In this document: in pieces, positions 27,525 to 38,505 of the stretch
How positions within the stretch are numbered: position 1 is the stretch's first letter
Layout: every line of letters begins with the position of its first letter
Assembly: GCA_031269355.1 (NCBI GenBank)
Contig: JAISZG010000027.1
Coordinates: 566-64,565 of the forward strand
Reading direction: 5' to 3'
Length of the DNA: 64,000 bases
Origin: Oscillospiraceae bacterium
Lineage (GTDB): Bacteria > Bacillota > Clostridia > Christensenellales > Aristaeellaceae
The notes under the pieces: model-generated
What the model was told of the DNA's origin: nothing
The model's database searches: none
The model's input: only the letters and a program-made list of their open reading frames with translations
Made by a program: the position numbers and the translations under genes

Positions 27525-29219
27525 ATGAAGAATCGAACCGTTCTTCTCACGCTCATACTAACGCTGGCGCTGCTCATATCCTCTGCGAGCGCATCGGGCG
27601 CGTATGAGATACCGGAGGATGTCCTCCCGTCCAGCACGCTCACCCTGAACGTATACTCGCAGCTGGCCAATTACTCGGGCGAGCAGGTCGGCTGGTTCGC
27701 TCAGGTGATGCTGGACAAATTCAACGTGAAGCTGAACATCGTCAACGAGGCTGACGGCACGTTCGCCACGCGCATGGCGTCCGGCGACCTGGGCGACATC
27801 ATACTGTTTGGCAACGACGGCGACGAATATTTGCAAGCCGTAAACGCCGGGATGCTGTTCCCCTGGGAGGATGAGGATCTATTACAGGCGTACGGCGGGT
27901 ACATATCCGCCAACATGTCGAAAGCACTCGAGAAAAACAAAGCGCTGTCCGGCGGCACGCTTTATGGATTCGGTCACAACGTTGGAACGTCAGTCACCGA
28001 CCACGAAGCGTTCTTCTACTATCCCGACCTGCGCTGGGATTTGTATAAGCAAATAGGCTATCCGCAGATAGCTACGCTGGAGGATTACGTCGGCGTACTC
28101 AAGCAGATGCAGCAGATCGCCCCCGAATCCGATACCGGCGGCAGGACATATGGCGTATCGCTGTTCCCGGATTGGGACGGCGATATGGTGATGTTCGTAA
28201 AGGCGACCGGCGCGCTGTATGGATACGACGAGTTCGGCATCGGTTTATACGACGTGAACACCCAAACATATGAGGACGCGCTCGCGCCGGACGGTATGTA
28301 CCTTCGCGCGCTGCGCTTCTACAACACGCTCTACCGCGAAGGCCTGCTTAACCCCGACAGCATGACGCAGACTTTCAACGACGTATCCGAGGATTATCAA
28401 ACCGGCGCGGCGTTCTTCAACCTTTTCCAATGGATGGGCAGCGGGTTGTATAACACGCCGGAACACATTGATCAAGGTAAGATGATGTACGCCGTAACTG
28501 CCGACGACGCGCTGAACCTGTGCTACGGGTTAAACGTGAACGGCGGAAATCGCATATGGGCGATAGGATCAAAGACATACTACCCCGAATTGTGCATGGC
28601 CATAATCAACTGGCTTGCGACGCCCGAGGGCGTAATGACGTATAACTATGGCCCACTTGGCGTCACATGGGAGTATGGCGACGACGGCGCGCCGACGTTC
28701 ACCGAGCTTGGTCTAAAGACAAGCTCCGATAACACGACGCCCATGCCCGCGCCGTACTCCGGCACATTCGACGACGGTTCGTTTAAGATGAACAACACCA
28801 CCTGGTCGCTGGACGCGTCCAACCCGGACGCCCCAGGCACCACGTTCAACAAGACATTCTGGCCGTCTACGCTGGCATCCGCCCCATCCGACATCATGCG
28901 GGACTGGCAGGAAAAGACGGGCGCGCAGGTGGCTGACGACTACCTGGAGGGCAACGGGCACATATCCATCGCCATCGGTACAAGCTTCTCGTTCGCGCCG
29001 CGCAGCGACGAGATGAACACGATTTGGACGCAGGTCGTCACCGCCGTCAAGGATGGTTCATGGAAGGCCATCTACGCGGCCTCCGACGCCGAGTTCGACA
29101 AGATCGTATCCGATATGACCGCGCAGGCCAAGGCCTATGGGTATGACCAGTGCGTCGCGTTTACGCAAGAGCAGGCTGTACTGAGGAAAGCCGCCGAGGA
29201 CGCGGCGAAGGCGGAATGA
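27525..29219 (+). CDS. Extracellular solute-binding protein (LplA-like) of a carbohydrate ABC transporter
   Basis: AAGGAGG lies 6 nt before the ATG. Signal peptide MKNRTVLLTLILTLALLISSASA. About 560 aa. Confidence 0.8.
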   Translation: MKNRTVLLTLILTLALLISSASASGAYEIPEDVLPSSTLTLNVYSQLANYSGEQVGWFAQVMLDKFNVKLNIVNEADGTFATRMASGDLGDIILFGNDGDEYLQAVNAGMLFPWEDEDLLQAYGGYISANMSKALEKNKALSGGTLYGFGHNVGTSVTDHEAFFYYPDLRWDLYKQIGYPQIATLEDYVGVLKQMQQIAPESDTGGRTYGVSLFPDWDGDMVMFVKATGALYGYDEFGIGLYDVNTQTYEDALAPDGMYLRALRFYNTLYREGLLNPDSMTQTFNDVSEDYQTGAAFFNLFQWMGSGLYNTPEHIDQGKMMYAVTADDALNLCYGLNVNGGNRIWAIGSKTYYPELCMAIINWLATPEGVMTYNYGPLGVTWEYGDDGAPTFTELGLKTSSDNTTPMPAPYSGTFDDGSFKMNNTTWSLDASNPDAPGTTFNKTFWPSTLASAPSDIMRDWQEKTGAQVADDYLEGNGHISIAIGTSFSFAPRSDEMNTIWTQVVTAVKDGSWKAIYAASDAEFDKIVSDMTAQAKAYGYDQCVAFTQEQAVLRKAAEDAAKAE

Positions 29220-29277
29220 CGGCGAGCGCTAAGCGCGGCAAACTCTAGCCGCAGATGCGCGTTTGAGAAATCACGCG

Positions 29278-29313
29278 GGAAGACCGAGGAAAGCTCCGGT
29301 CTTCCTCATTTTT
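29278..29313 (+). terminator. Rho-independent terminator
   Basis: GGAAGACCG (29278-29286) pairs with CGGTCTTCC (29297-29305), followed by TCATTTTTA. Confidence 0.8.
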
Positions 29314-29348
29314 ATGGCGCTTGATATGTTATACTAGTATTAACTAAT

Positions 29349-30416
29349 TTATCCCCTTCGCTCTGCCCATGTCATAAGCTCCGTCAGCATTAAAAATGTC
29401 AGCCCCTGCCCGTACGCGGTAGGGGCGACTTTTATTTTTTTATAATGTTCCAAATCGTGCCCCATTCCAGTGCCGCCGGATACGCCGTTCACCGCGCCGT
29501 CCGGGGCTATCTTGCCGATCACTGCGGACGCGGCCGCAAATCCCATCTCCTCGTATGTTTCGCTCAGGTACCTTAAGCGCGCGCCCTTTAGCACGCCGTA
29601 CGCAATAGCCGCCGTCGCGGAAGTTTCCTCGTATGTCTCCTCAACGTCCAGCAGTGTTGTAAACAATCCGCTCTCGCGCTGCAGCTTCCATAGCGCGTGC
29701 GCCTGATCCCGCAGCGCTGCTATAATAAACCGGCACGCCGCGTCGTGCTCCGGAAGCAGCGACAGCATCTCTACGGACGCCGCCGTAAACCACGCGTTGC
29801 CGCGCGCCCAGTATGCGCCCGCGAAGCTGTGCCTAAGGTCGAACGTCCAGCCGTGCGTCCACAAACCCGTGCGTTTATCCTGAAGATATTTTATATGTAT
29901 TATGAATTGATATTTAGCGTCCTCAACCCAATCGGCTCGCGACAGAGTCAACCCCGCCTTCAGAAGGAACAGCGCGGTCATAAACAGCGTGTCCGCCCAA
30001 AGCTGCTGATAATGCTTATTCCAAACGGTGATATGCTGCAGCCCGCCAAACTCCGTGCGGGGCATCTCGTTCGCCACCCAATTCGCCCACGATTCGATAT
30101 GGGGCAAATATGCCGGATTGTGCGTTCGCTCGTACAGGCAGGTCAGCGCGAGCATAGGCGCGACGCTGTTTACGTTATGATGCGGCGAGGGCTTCGCCAG
30201 CCATCGTTCATACCAATCTGTCAGGTACGCCAGAGTTTGCGCGTCGCTTGTCTGCTCGTAGGTTTTCCATATTCCGTACAGCGCCACGCCCGTGGGCCAT
30301 TCCCAATTTTCCATAGTAAGATGTCCGGCGTTCGCCTCGTTTTCCGCCCGCTCTCCGCGCAGCATGTTCAGCACGGAGTCCGATAGTTTTTTTAACTCCG
30401 CTTTGTCTAGCGTCAT
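29349..30416 (-). CDS. Unsaturated rhamnogalacturonyl/glucuronyl hydrolase (Pfam Glyco_hydro_88 type; GH105/GH88)
   Basis: 355 aa. WEWPTGVALYGIWKTYE and WADTLFM segments resemble YteR-type enzymes. It neighbours a rhamnogalacturonan acetylesterase-like gene. Confidence 0.7.
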   Translation of the reverse strand: MTLDKAELKKLSDSVLNMLRGERAENEANAGHLTMENWEWPTGVALYGIWKTYEQTSDAQTLAYLTDWYERWLAKPSPHHNVNSVAPMLALTCLYERTHNPAYLPHIESWANWVANEMPRTEFGGLQHITVWNKHYQQLWADTLFMTALFLLKAGLTLSRADWVEDAKYQFIIHIKYLQDKRTGLWTHGWTFDLRHSFAGAYWARGNAWFTAASVEMLSLLPEHDAACRFIIAALRDQAHALWKLQRESGLFTTLLDVEETYEETSATAAIAYGVLKGARLRYLSETYEEMGFAAASAVIGKIAPDGAVNGVSGGTGMGHDLEHYKKIKVAPTAYGQGLTFLMLTELMTWAERRG

Positions 30417-30448
30417 TTGCTAATCCCCTTCTTGTATATTTTATATTA

Positions 30449-31099
30449 TTATATAAGCTTTAAATCCCTCAGAGCGCTCGCCGCCAGCTCCGCCACGGTT
30501 TGCGCTCCATGCATATTAAAGTGGGTTTTGTCATGCCAGCCGTCGGGCAGCTCTGGATATTCGCCGGGTTCCACGTTAACGAACAGCGACTTGCTTTCCT
30601 CGGCTCCCAGGCGAATCAAAAGCGCGCGAGTCGCCGCGTGCAAATCGATCAGCGGCGCGCCGCGCAGCCGCGCAAGCTCGCGCACCGCGCGGGGATATTC
30701 GCCGTGCGTATACATCAAAGAGCCGTCGTCCGTAAAAAAGCAGCGGCTGACGCTTGTTATAAGAACGGGCGTCGCGCCAGCAGATTCGGCGGCGTCCATA
30801 TACAGCGACAGCGATTCCGGGAAAGTATCGTCGGGATCGGTATGCCGCGCGGCGTCGTCCTTCTCGTCGTTATGTCCAAATTGAATAAGCAGCAAATCGC
30901 GCGCGCGAATCTCCCGGCATATAGGATCGAACAATCCCTCGTCCCGGAAGCTTTTGGAGCTGCGTCCGCTTTTGGCGCCGTTCACCACCCGTATCGAATC
31001 CGGCAGCAGGCGCGCTAATTGACCGCCCCATCCGAAGAACGGCGCGCGGCCGTCCTCCACCGTGGAATCTCCGACAATATATATTGTTTTATCGTACAT
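30449..31099 (-). CDS. SGNH/GDSL hydrolase, rhamnogalacturonan acetylesterase-like
   Basis: Block I IYIVGDSTV, GHND block and C-terminal DKTHF (DxxH) block. Confidence 0.75.
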   Translation of the reverse strand: MYDKTIYIVGDSTVEDGRAPFFGWGGQLARLLPDSIRVVNGAKSGRSSKSFRDEGLFDPICREIRARDLLLIQFGHNDEKDDAARHTDPDDTFPESLSLYMDAAESAGATPVLITSVSRCFFTDDGSLMYTHGEYPRAVRELARLRGAPLIDLHAATRALLIRLGAEESKSLFVNVEPGEYPELPDGWHDKTHFNMHGAQTVAELAASALRDLKLI

Positions 31100-31204
31100 A
31101 AATGAAAACTCCTCCGGAGTTCCTTTGAATTCGTTACAGCTAGCCGCGCGCGCCTCTTCGCTTAAATCGGCAGGCTGGAGCGTTCGGCCTCCCCCTTCGC
31201 GAGA

Positions 31205-32263
31205 TTATTCCGCCGAAACGTCTATTTTTCGCCGAAGATACGCGCCGCAGGATTCGCGAATGATAAGCGTCGATTCGCGCGCCTGATTAAACGACGCGGC
31301 GTTCGAATCGTGCGCATGGAGCAGCGCGCGCGTGCCGAGCAAGCCAAGCTCCTCCGGCGCGAGATCGATAGTCGTCAGCGGCGGATTCGTATATTCTGAG
31401 AAGAATTGGTTATCGCACCCGACCACGGCCATTTCCTCCGGAACCGATATGCCCAGCTTGCGCAGTCCCTTCAGCACGCCCAGCGCGACCAGATCGTTTA
31501 CCACCACAAGCGCGGTAGGCGCGCGATCGCCGCCCTCTTCCGCCAGCAGCCGCCGAACGCTTGTCTCGCCCATAGCCGGAGTATGTATGTTTTCCACAAG
31601 AAGAATCGGTTCCAGCCCGAGCTGAGCCATCTCTTCCTCGAAGCCGAGCTGGCGCTCGCCGACGCTGCGCGTTTCGTGCGTCGCGCCTATGAACGCGATT
31701 CGCCTGTGCCCCAGCTGGCTTAGGTGGCGAACGACCTTGCGCACCCCGCTGCGCAGGTCGGTATATATATTTATACAGCGCAGCCCCGTTATCGGCGGGC
31801 ATATGGTTACTATTGGCATATACCGCTGCAGCCGATGCAGCACGTCCGGCAGATCGTTCGCGCAGGTAGGCTCGATAAACCCGCCGCACAGCAGCACTCC
31901 GTCGAGCCGCCGCTCGATCAGCTGGTTAATGAAGTCGTCCGTTATGGTAGAGTTATACGCTAAACGATAAAATTGCACTACATATCCAGAGCTCATGGCT
32001 TCGCGCTGCGCGGCGGAAAACACGCTCGCGTAATAAGGATGCTTTATATCCGGCAGTATTATTCCCAGCGTATGCGATTGGCGCTGTAGCAAGCCGCGGG
32101 CAATGCTGTTTGGTTTATAATTATATTTATCAACTACGGCCTTAACCTTTTGAAAGGTATCCGGCCGCACGTTGGGATGCTGGGACAGCACCCTTGAAAC
32201 CGTTGCGGACGATACGCCCGCTTCTCGCGCTATATCCAAAATAGTCAGGCTTTCAGCAGACAC
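31205..32263 (-). CDS. LacI-family transcriptional regulator
   Basis: N-terminal HTH LTILDIAREAGVSSATVSRVLS and a periplasmic-binding-fold C-terminus; GTG start. Confidence 0.88.
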   Translation of the reverse strand: MSAESLTILDIAREAGVSSATVSRVLSQHPNVRPDTFQKVKAVVDKYNYKPNSIARGLLQRQSHTLGIILPDIKHPYYASVFSAAQREAMSSGYVVQFYRLAYNSTITDDFINQLIERRLDGVLLCGGFIEPTCANDLPDVLHRLQRYMPIVTICPPITGLRCINIYTDLRSGVRKVVRHLSQLGHRRIAFIGATHETRSVGERQLGFEEEMAQLGLEPILLVENIHTPAMGETSVRRLLAEEGGDRAPTALVVVNDLVALGVLKGLRKLGISVPEEMAVVGCDNQFFSEYTNPPLTTIDLAPEELGLLGTRALLHAHDSNAASFNQARESTLIIRESCGAYLRRKIDVSAE

Positions 32264-32519
32264 GTCGTCCCTCCTCCCTATATGATAAGTGTATCATAAA
32301 ATGAAAAGGTTTGCAACAAACGCGTATATTTTCTCATATATATATTTATATATGATTATGTCGATAATTATTTTGTGATCGCTACATGGAATATAATTAG
32401 CGGAAGCGCCGTTTGGATTATGTGCAAGCGACCGCGCGTTATGCGCCGGACATGCCTCCCCAAATAGCATGCTCGGCCAATAAAACTCAGCGATATATGA
32501 ATCCCGAGGAGGTTTTGCT

Positions 32520-33449
32520 ATGCCGGATACCGGCGTGCTGCGCGCCCTTGATACCGAAACGGTCTCCGCGAGAAGCCGATACATCGACACATTGACGCCC
32601 GCCGCGTTTGTCGAGCTGATGAACGCATTTGATCGCGAGGCCGCCGACGCCGTTCAAACCGCGCTTCCGGTTATAGCCGAGGCGATTTCCATTATCGCCG
32701 ACCGCCTGCGCGCCGGGGGAAGCCTTTATTATATAGGCGCCGGTACCAGCGGACGCCTTGGCATTCTGGACGCATCCGAATGCCCCCCCACATTCGGCGT
32801 GCCATCCGATCTCGTGCGGGGAATAATCGCGGGCGGCGACACGGCGATTCGCTTCGCGGTGGAGGGAGCGGAGGACGATCCCGACGCTGCGGCGCGCGAT
32901 CTTGACGCGGCAGGCTTCCGCTCCGCCGACGCGCTTGTCGCGATAAGCGCCAGCGGTTACGCTCCGTATTGCGTCGGCGGACTGCGCCACGCACGTTCGA
33001 TCGGCGCGCTGGCCGTATCCGTCGCGTGCAATCAAAACGCGCCTATGTCCCGCGACGCCGATATCGCCGTCGAAGCGCCGACAGGCCCGGAGATTCTCTC
33101 CGGCTCCACGCGGCTAAAAGCCGGAACGGCTACAAAAATGATACTGAATATGATCTCCACCGGCGTTATGCTGCAACTGGGCAAGGTATATCAAAACCTC
33201 ATGGTAGATGTCCGCGCTTCAAACGCCAAGCTTCGCGACCGCGTCGCGCGCATCGTGATGGCGGCGACGGAACTGCCCCGCGACGAAGCCGAGTCGCTGC
33301 TGGCCGCGTGCGAGCATCAACCGAAAACCGCAATCGTAATGCATAAAACGGGACGCGCGGCGGACGATTGCCGCCGCGCGCTGAACGCATGCGGCGGCCG
33401 CGTATCCGAGGCGATCGACGACCTCACCCGCCGTACGGCGCCGGAGTGA
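32520..33449 (+). CDS. murQ: N-acetylmuramic acid 6-phosphate etherase
   Basis: SIS domain GAGTSGRLG, TRLKAGTATKM and length about 300 aa; GAGGAGG RBS. Confidence 0.88.
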   Translation: MPDTGVLRALDTETVSARSRYIDTLTPAAFVELMNAFDREAADAVQTALPVIAEAISIIADRLRAGGSLYYIGAGTSGRLGILDASECPPTFGVPSDLVRGIIAGGDTAIRFAVEGAEDDPDAAARDLDAAGFRSADALVAISASGYAPYCVGGLRHARSIGALAVSVACNQNAPMSRDADIAVEAPTGPEILSGSTRLKAGTATKMILNMISTGVMLQLGKVYQNLMVDVRASNAKLRDRVARIVMAATELPRDEAESLLAACEHQPKTAIVMHKTGRAADDCRRALNACGGRVSEAIDDLTRRTAPE

Positions 33450-34587
33450 TATTTCCGAGAATAACCTGGCCGCGCGCGCCGGTCGCGCCCGGAACGTTGC
33501 CAGGCCTGCCATGCATCGTCTCATAGCCCAGCATCGCGAAGGCAACCGCCTCCTTCGCGTCGGAATTATATTTAGACGATCCCGCGCCCCGCGCCCGCGC
33601 CAAATCTTCCTGCGTCAATATTTCGCATTCGGGAAGCGCGCGGGCTATTTCTCGCCGCATCGTCTCGTTATGAGCGCCTCCGCCGGAGAGTATCACCTCT
33701 TTTACACGGCAGCGCGGGAATACGTACATGCGATAGTTAAGCTCGATAGCCGCCGCCGTGTAGCGCGTCGCCGTCGCCAGCCAATCCTCGGGGCGTATAT
33801 CCGGACGCGCTGCCAGCGCGGACTCCACGAACTGCGCGCCGTATAATTCGCGTCCTGTCGCCTTTGGCGGCGGCGCGGAGACGTACGGAATAGCCATCCA
33901 CTCTGCCAGCAGAGCTTCGTCGACCGCGCCTGTCGCCGCGATTTTGCCGCCGTCGTCGAACTCCACACCGAAAAAGCGCTTTGCGAGCGCGTCGATTATC
34001 ATGTTCGCCGGGCCGGTGTCAAACGCGAAAACATCGGATAGCTCGGCGTTCTCCTTCAATACGGTTACATTGCCTATGCCGCCGAGGTTTTGAAGCGCGC
34101 GCGGAGTCTCGCCGCGGTACAGCAGATATTCGGCATACGGCACCAATGGCGCGCCGCGCCCTCCCGCCGCCATATCCATCGCGCGCATACTCGATACCAC
34201 CGGAATTCCCGTTTGATAGGCGATCACCGACGGCTCGCCAAGCTGAAGCGTCGAGGCGAGAAATTCGCCTTCGTCCTCCGGAATATGGTATACCGTCTGC
34301 CCGTGCGAGCCTATGCAGGCAACATGCGCGGGAGCGATCCCCGCTTGCTCGCAAACAGCCATGGCCGCCTTGGCAAACCAATATCCTATCTCGACGTTTA
34401 CGCTGCATATAAGCCGAACGTTCGAGCGCGCAATATCGCAGCAATCGAGTATTTTCGCTCGCAGCGACTCAGGCATGGGCACAGTTATAAACGCCGCAAG
34501 CCGTACTTCTTTCCCGTCGATCTCTATCAGCGCGGCGTCGCACCCGTCTAGCGACGTGCCGCTTATCAGGCCGATTGCGTAATCCAT
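33424..34587 (-). CDS. anmK: Anhydro-N-acetylmuramic acid kinase
   Basis: N-terminal GLISGTSLDGCDAAL, about 385 aa. Convergent 26-nt overlap with murQ. ATG at 34587 lies 9 nt after GGAGA. Confidence 0.88.
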   Translation of the reverse strand: MDYAIGLISGTSLDGCDAALIEIDGKEVRLAAFITVPMPESLRAKILDCCDIARSNVRLICSVNVEIGYWFAKAAMAVCEQAGIAPAHVACIGSHGQTVYHIPEDEGEFLASTLQLGEPSVIAYQTGIPVVSSMRAMDMAAGGRGAPLVPYAEYLLYRGETPRALQNLGGIGNVTVLKENAELSDVFAFDTGPANMIIDALAKRFFGVEFDDGGKIAATGAVDEALLAEWMAIPYVSAPPPKATGRELYGAQFVESALAARPDIRPEDWLATATRYTAAAIELNYRMYVFPRCRVKEVILSGGGAHNETMRREIARALPECEILTQEDLARARGAGSSKYNSDAKEAVAFAMLGYETMHGRPGNVPGATGARGQVILGNITPAPYGG

Positions 34588-34627
34588 AACATTGGTCTCC
34601 ATTATCAAAATTATTTATATTGTAATA

Positions 34628-35599
34628 TTATTTATCGTATAGGTGGCACGCTACGACGTGCCCTTCCTCAGCCGTTACCGGTTCGGGGATTTTTTGCGAG
34701 CACAGCGGTTTCGCGCGGGCGCAGCGCGTATGAAACGGGCAGCCATCGGGCGGATTCGCAGGGTTCGGCACGTCGCCTTCTAGCGCTATATGGCGCTTTT
34801 TAAGCAGTGGATCGCGCGAGGGAACCGCCGACAGCAGCGCCTGGGTATATGGATGAAGCGGCCTATCGTATACCAACGCGGTGTTTCCCTGTTCCATAAT
34901 ACGGCCAAGGTACATAACGCATACGTTGGCGCTGATATGGCGAACTACATTCAGATCGTGCGATATAAAAATCATAGACAGGCGCATATCCCGCTGCAGC
35001 CGCATCAACAGGTTTAATATCTGAGCCTGAATAGATACGTCGAGCGCGGAAACCGGCTCGTCGGCGACGACGAATCGCGGGCGGCTGATCAACGCCCTGG
35101 CTATCGAAACGCGCTGCTTTTGACCGCCTGAAAATTGGTGCGGGTAGCGCGTCAATTGATCGGGCGTCATACCCACAAGCTCCAGCATCTCATCTACCTG
35201 CTCTCGCGTTTGAGCTTCGGATAGGTTGAAATGCACTCGCAGCGGTTCGGAAAGCAGCGCGCGCACGTTCATGCGCGGGTTAAGGGAGCCGTACGGGTTT
35301 TGAAATATGAACTGCATGTCGCGTCTTTTCACGCGCATTTCCTCCGGAGTCAGCGCGCGTATGTCCGCGCCGTCAAATACGATGTTTCCGCCCGTCGGCT
35401 CGATCAACCGCAGTATGCTCGATCCTGCGGTGCTCTTGCCGCATCCGCTTTCGCCCACGATCGCCAATACCTCGCGGTCGTTCACATCAAAGCTTATATC
35501 CTCCACGGCGTGAACATATCCGACAGTCTTGCGCAATAGGCCAGATTTTATAGGGAAATAAGTTTTTAAATTCCGTACGGAAAGCAGCGGCTCGCTCAT
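34628..35599 (-). CDS. Oligopeptide/dipeptide ABC transporter ATP-binding protein (OppF-like)
   Basis: Walker A GESGCGKST, signature FSGGQKQR and Walker B VVADEP. ATGA overlap with the OppD-like gene. Confidence 0.88.
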   Translation of the reverse strand: MSEPLLSVRNLKTYFPIKSGLLRKTVGYVHAVEDISFDVNDREVLAIVGESGCGKSTAGSSILRLIEPTGGNIVFDGADIRALTPEEMRVKRRDMQFIFQNPYGSLNPRMNVRALLSEPLRVHFNLSEAQTREQVDEMLELVGMTPDQLTRYPHQFSGGQKQRVSIARALISRPRFVVADEPVSALDVSIQAQILNLLMRLQRDMRLSMIFISHDLNVVRHISANVCVMYLGRIMEQGNTALVYDRPLHPYTQALLSAVPSRDPLLKKRHIALEGDVPNPANPPDGCPFHTRCARAKPLCSQKIPEPVTAEEGHVVACHLYDK

Positions 35600-36642
35600 C
35601 GCGCCTCCACCTCCTCGCCGGTACGAAAGCAGCGGCACAGGTGGCCGGGGGCTATCTCGCAGAGCGCTGGCAAAGCTTCGGCGCAGCGCGGCGCGGCGCG
35701 GTCGCACCGATCGCGGAATCGGCAGCCGCTCGACCATTCGCCGCCCGGCGGCACCATCCCGGGAATAGTATACAGTTCATTTTGGTGCGGGGCTTCCGCC
35801 TCTGATTGGCTGGTACTGCGCCCCATATCCGCGCGATCGCCGTCCAGCGACGTCACAGCGCGCAGCAAGCCCTCCGTATATGGGTGGGCGGTATTATGAA
35901 ACAGCTCGGCTGCGGGCGCCTGCTCTACCACCTGCCCGGCATAGAACACCGCCACTTCCTCGCAGGTTTCCGCGATAACGCCCAAATCGTGCGTAATCAT
36001 AATTATCGACGTGCCGTTGGCGGCCTTCAAGCCGTTCATCAGCTCGAGTATTTGTGCCTGTATCGTAACGTCGAGCGCTGTCGTAGGTTCGTCCGCTATC
36101 AGCAGCCGCGGATTGTTCAGCATAGCCATCGCGATCATCACGCGCTGCAGCTGCCCCCCTGAGATCAGGTGCGGGTAACTGCGCAGCGTTTGCTCCGGCC
36201 TTGGGATTTTGACGCTGCGCAGCATTTCAAGCGCGCGCTCGTGCATCTCCCGCTTGCCTATCCTTTTGTTATGAAATGATAGAGCTTCGAACATTTGATA
36301 CTCCACCGTGAATATGGGATCGAGCGACGTCATCGGCTCCTGGAATATCATCGCGATTTCTCGACCGCGCAGGCCGCGAATCTCTTCGGCGGGCAGCGAC
36401 AGCAATTCCTTCTCGCCGTTCAGGCTTTGATAGCGCGCCGTGCCGTCGGACACGCGAAGCGGATATGGCAGAAGCTGCATCAGCGCGTTCGCTGTGATGC
36501 TCTTGCCGCAGCCGCTCTCGCCAACAATTCCGAAACTCTGTCCTTTTTTTACCGACAGATCGACCTTATCCAGCAGCATCGCCTTGCCGCCGCCTCTTCG
36601 CGTTTCTATCCGAAGGCCGCAGATATCAAGCAGATGATCCAT
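35596..36642 (-). CDS. Oligopeptide/dipeptide ABC transporter ATP-binding protein (OppD-like)
   Basis: Walker A GESGCGKS, signature ISGGQLQR and Walker B LIADEPTTALD. Confidence 0.88.
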   Translation of the reverse strand: MDHLLDICGLRIETRRGGGKAMLLDKVDLSVKKGQSFGIVGESGCGKSITANALMQLLPYPLRVSDGTARYQSLNGEKELLSLPAEEIRGLRGREIAMIFQEPMTSLDPIFTVEYQMFEALSFHNKRIGKREMHERALEMLRSVKIPRPEQTLRSYPHLISGGQLQRVMIAMAMLNNPRLLIADEPTTALDVTIQAQILELMNGLKAANGTSIIMITHDLGVIAETCEEVAVFYAGQVVEQAPAAELFHNTAHPYTEGLLRAVTSLDGDRADMGRSTSQSEAEAPHQNELYTIPGMVPPGGEWSSGCRFRDRCDRAAPRCAEALPALCEIAPGHLCRCFRTGEEVEAR

Positions 36643-36654
36643 CCGCGCGCCCTC

Positions 36655-37548
36655 CTACAGCTTCAGCTTCGGATCCAGCACGTCGCGCAGGCTGTCTCCG
36701 AGCACGTTAAACGACAATATCGTCAGTATTATAAACAGCGCGGGGAATATAACCAGCCACGGCGCGATTTCCATATATTTGCGCGCGTCCGACAGCATCG
36801 AGCCCCATGAAGGCTGCGGCGGCTGTATGCCAAGGCCAAGGAAGCTCATGGACGCTTCCGTCAGAATCGCGCCGGATAGCGCCAGCGTCGCCTGCACTGT
36901 GAACGGCGCGAGAACGTTCGGCGTCACGTGGCGCAGAAGCACCCCTCGCGGCGTCAATCCAATAGAGATAGCGTTTTTTATATAATCCATCGACTTCACC
37001 GATTTAACGGACGCGCGCACCGTTCGGGTAAACACCGGAACGTTCACTATGCCGATTGCGATCATCGTGTTTATTATATTCGGACCCAGCGCCGATACGA
37101 TGAACAGCGCAAGAAGGATCGACGGAAATGCGAAAATTATATCCATCGCCATCATTATTATGCTTTCGCATTTTCCCTCGAAAAATCCCGCGAGAATGCC
37201 GAGCAAATAGCCAAGCCCCGCCGCGATGCCAACCGACACTATGCCGACGATCAGCGAAACCCGCGCCCCGTACACAATTCGGCTGAACACGTCGCGTCCG
37301 AAATTGTCGGAACCGAAGAAAAACGTCAGGCCGGGCGCCGTAAGCTTTGCCTTCGGATGCATCTCCGCCACGCCGTAGCGCGCGATAACAGGCGCGCATA
37401 TCGCCATTAACGCGATCAGCGCCACGCCGCATAAACCTGCGCGCCCCAGCGGATCGCGCCATACCAATATAAACGCGCTTTCGCTTTGGCGCGGCAACGC
37501 AGCGCCCGCCCCAGGCAGCGCGCGCCTCAGTATCGCTTGCTTACTCAT
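36655..37548 (-). CDS. Peptide ABC transporter permease (OppC/DppC-like)
   Basis: BPD-transporter pattern, EAA-like region and six TMs. Confidence 0.82.
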   Translation of the reverse strand: MSKQAILRRALPGAGAALPRQSESAFILVWRDPLGRAGLCGVALIALMAICAPVIARYGVAEMHPKAKLTAPGLTFFFGSDNFGRDVFSRIVYGARVSLIVGIVSVGIAAGLGYLLGILAGFFEGKCESIIMMAMDIIFAFPSILLALFIVSALGPNIINTMIAIGIVNVPVFTRTVRASVKSVKSMDYIKNAISIGLTPRGVLLRHVTPNVLAPFTVQATLALSGAILTEASMSFLGLGIQPPQPSWGSMLSDARKYMEIAPWLVIFPALFIILTILSFNVLGDSLRDVLDPKLKL

Positions 37549-37560
37549 CGAACACCGCCT

Positions 37561-38505
37561 TCACGCATATTGGATTCGCGGATCAACATATGTATAAATA
37601 ATATCGACAAATAAATTTATAATAACATAAATGAATGCGATGAATAGCACGCACCCCTGCACCACCGGATAGTCCCGCTGCGAAATGCCTGTCAGCACAT
37701 ACTGACCCAAGCCCGGGATCGAAAAGATCTGCTCGATCACAACGGTGCCGCCGAGCAGGCCGCCCATTTGCATTCCCACAAGCGTGATTATCGGGATGCA
37801 GCCGTTTTTCAGCGCGTGGCGGAATATAGTGATTCTCTCCGGCGCGCCCTTCGCCCTAACCGCCTTAATGAAATCCTGCCGCATAACCTCGAGTATGGAC
37901 GAGCGCGTCATGCGCATCACCGACCCGGCCATCGTAGTGCCGAGTATCAGCGCGGGCAGTATCATAATTTCAAGATTTGTTCCAGGGTTTTGTATAAGCG
38001 AAACATACTTCACCGGAGTAAAATAGCCGAACGCCTTCGATAAAAATAATATGATCAGAGTGGCCGACGCGAACGACGGCATTGACACGCCCATAAGCGC
38101 GGCGACGCGCACAACCTTATCCACGGGACGGTTGCGCTTTAGGGCCGAGACTATTCCCAACGGTATCGCGATGATAAGAGAGGTTAGGCACGACAGCAGC
38201 GCCAGCTCCGCCGTTATTGTAAAGCGGCTGATTATTTCCGGGAACACCTGCGCGCCCGTTCGGAACGATTCGCCGAAATCACCGCGCAGCACGTTGCCCA
38301 TCCAGCGAAAATATTGTATAAGCGGCGGCTGGTCGAGTCCCAGCTTTTTCTCCCATATTGCCCGCAGCTCCGGCGTTTGTTCGATTCCGAGTATGCCGTT
38401 TACGACGTTGCCGGGGACAAGCTGCATAATAGTAAATACGCATACGCTGATGCCAAGCAGTATTGGGATAAGCATCAGCAGCCTGCGCAGTATATAATCG
38501 CGCAT
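37561..38505 (-). CDS. Peptide ABC transporter permease (OppB/DppB-like)
   Basis: Start MRDYILRRLLMLIPILLG is typical of OppB. GGGAGA lies 6 nt upstream. Confidence 0.85.
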   Translation of the reverse strand: MRDYILRRLLMLIPILLGISVCVFTIMQLVPGNVVNGILGIEQTPELRAIWEKKLGLDQPPLIQYFRWMGNVLRGDFGESFRTGAQVFPEIISRFTITAELALLSCLTSLIIAIPLGIVSALKRNRPVDKVVRVAALMGVSMPSFASATLIILFLSKAFGYFTPVKYVSLIQNPGTNLEIMILPALILGTTMAGSVMRMTRSSILEVMRQDFIKAVRAKGAPERITIFRHALKNGCIPIITLVGMQMGGLLGGTVVIEQIFSIPGLGQYVLTGISQRDYPVVQGCVLFIAFIYVIINLFVDIIYTYVDPRIQYA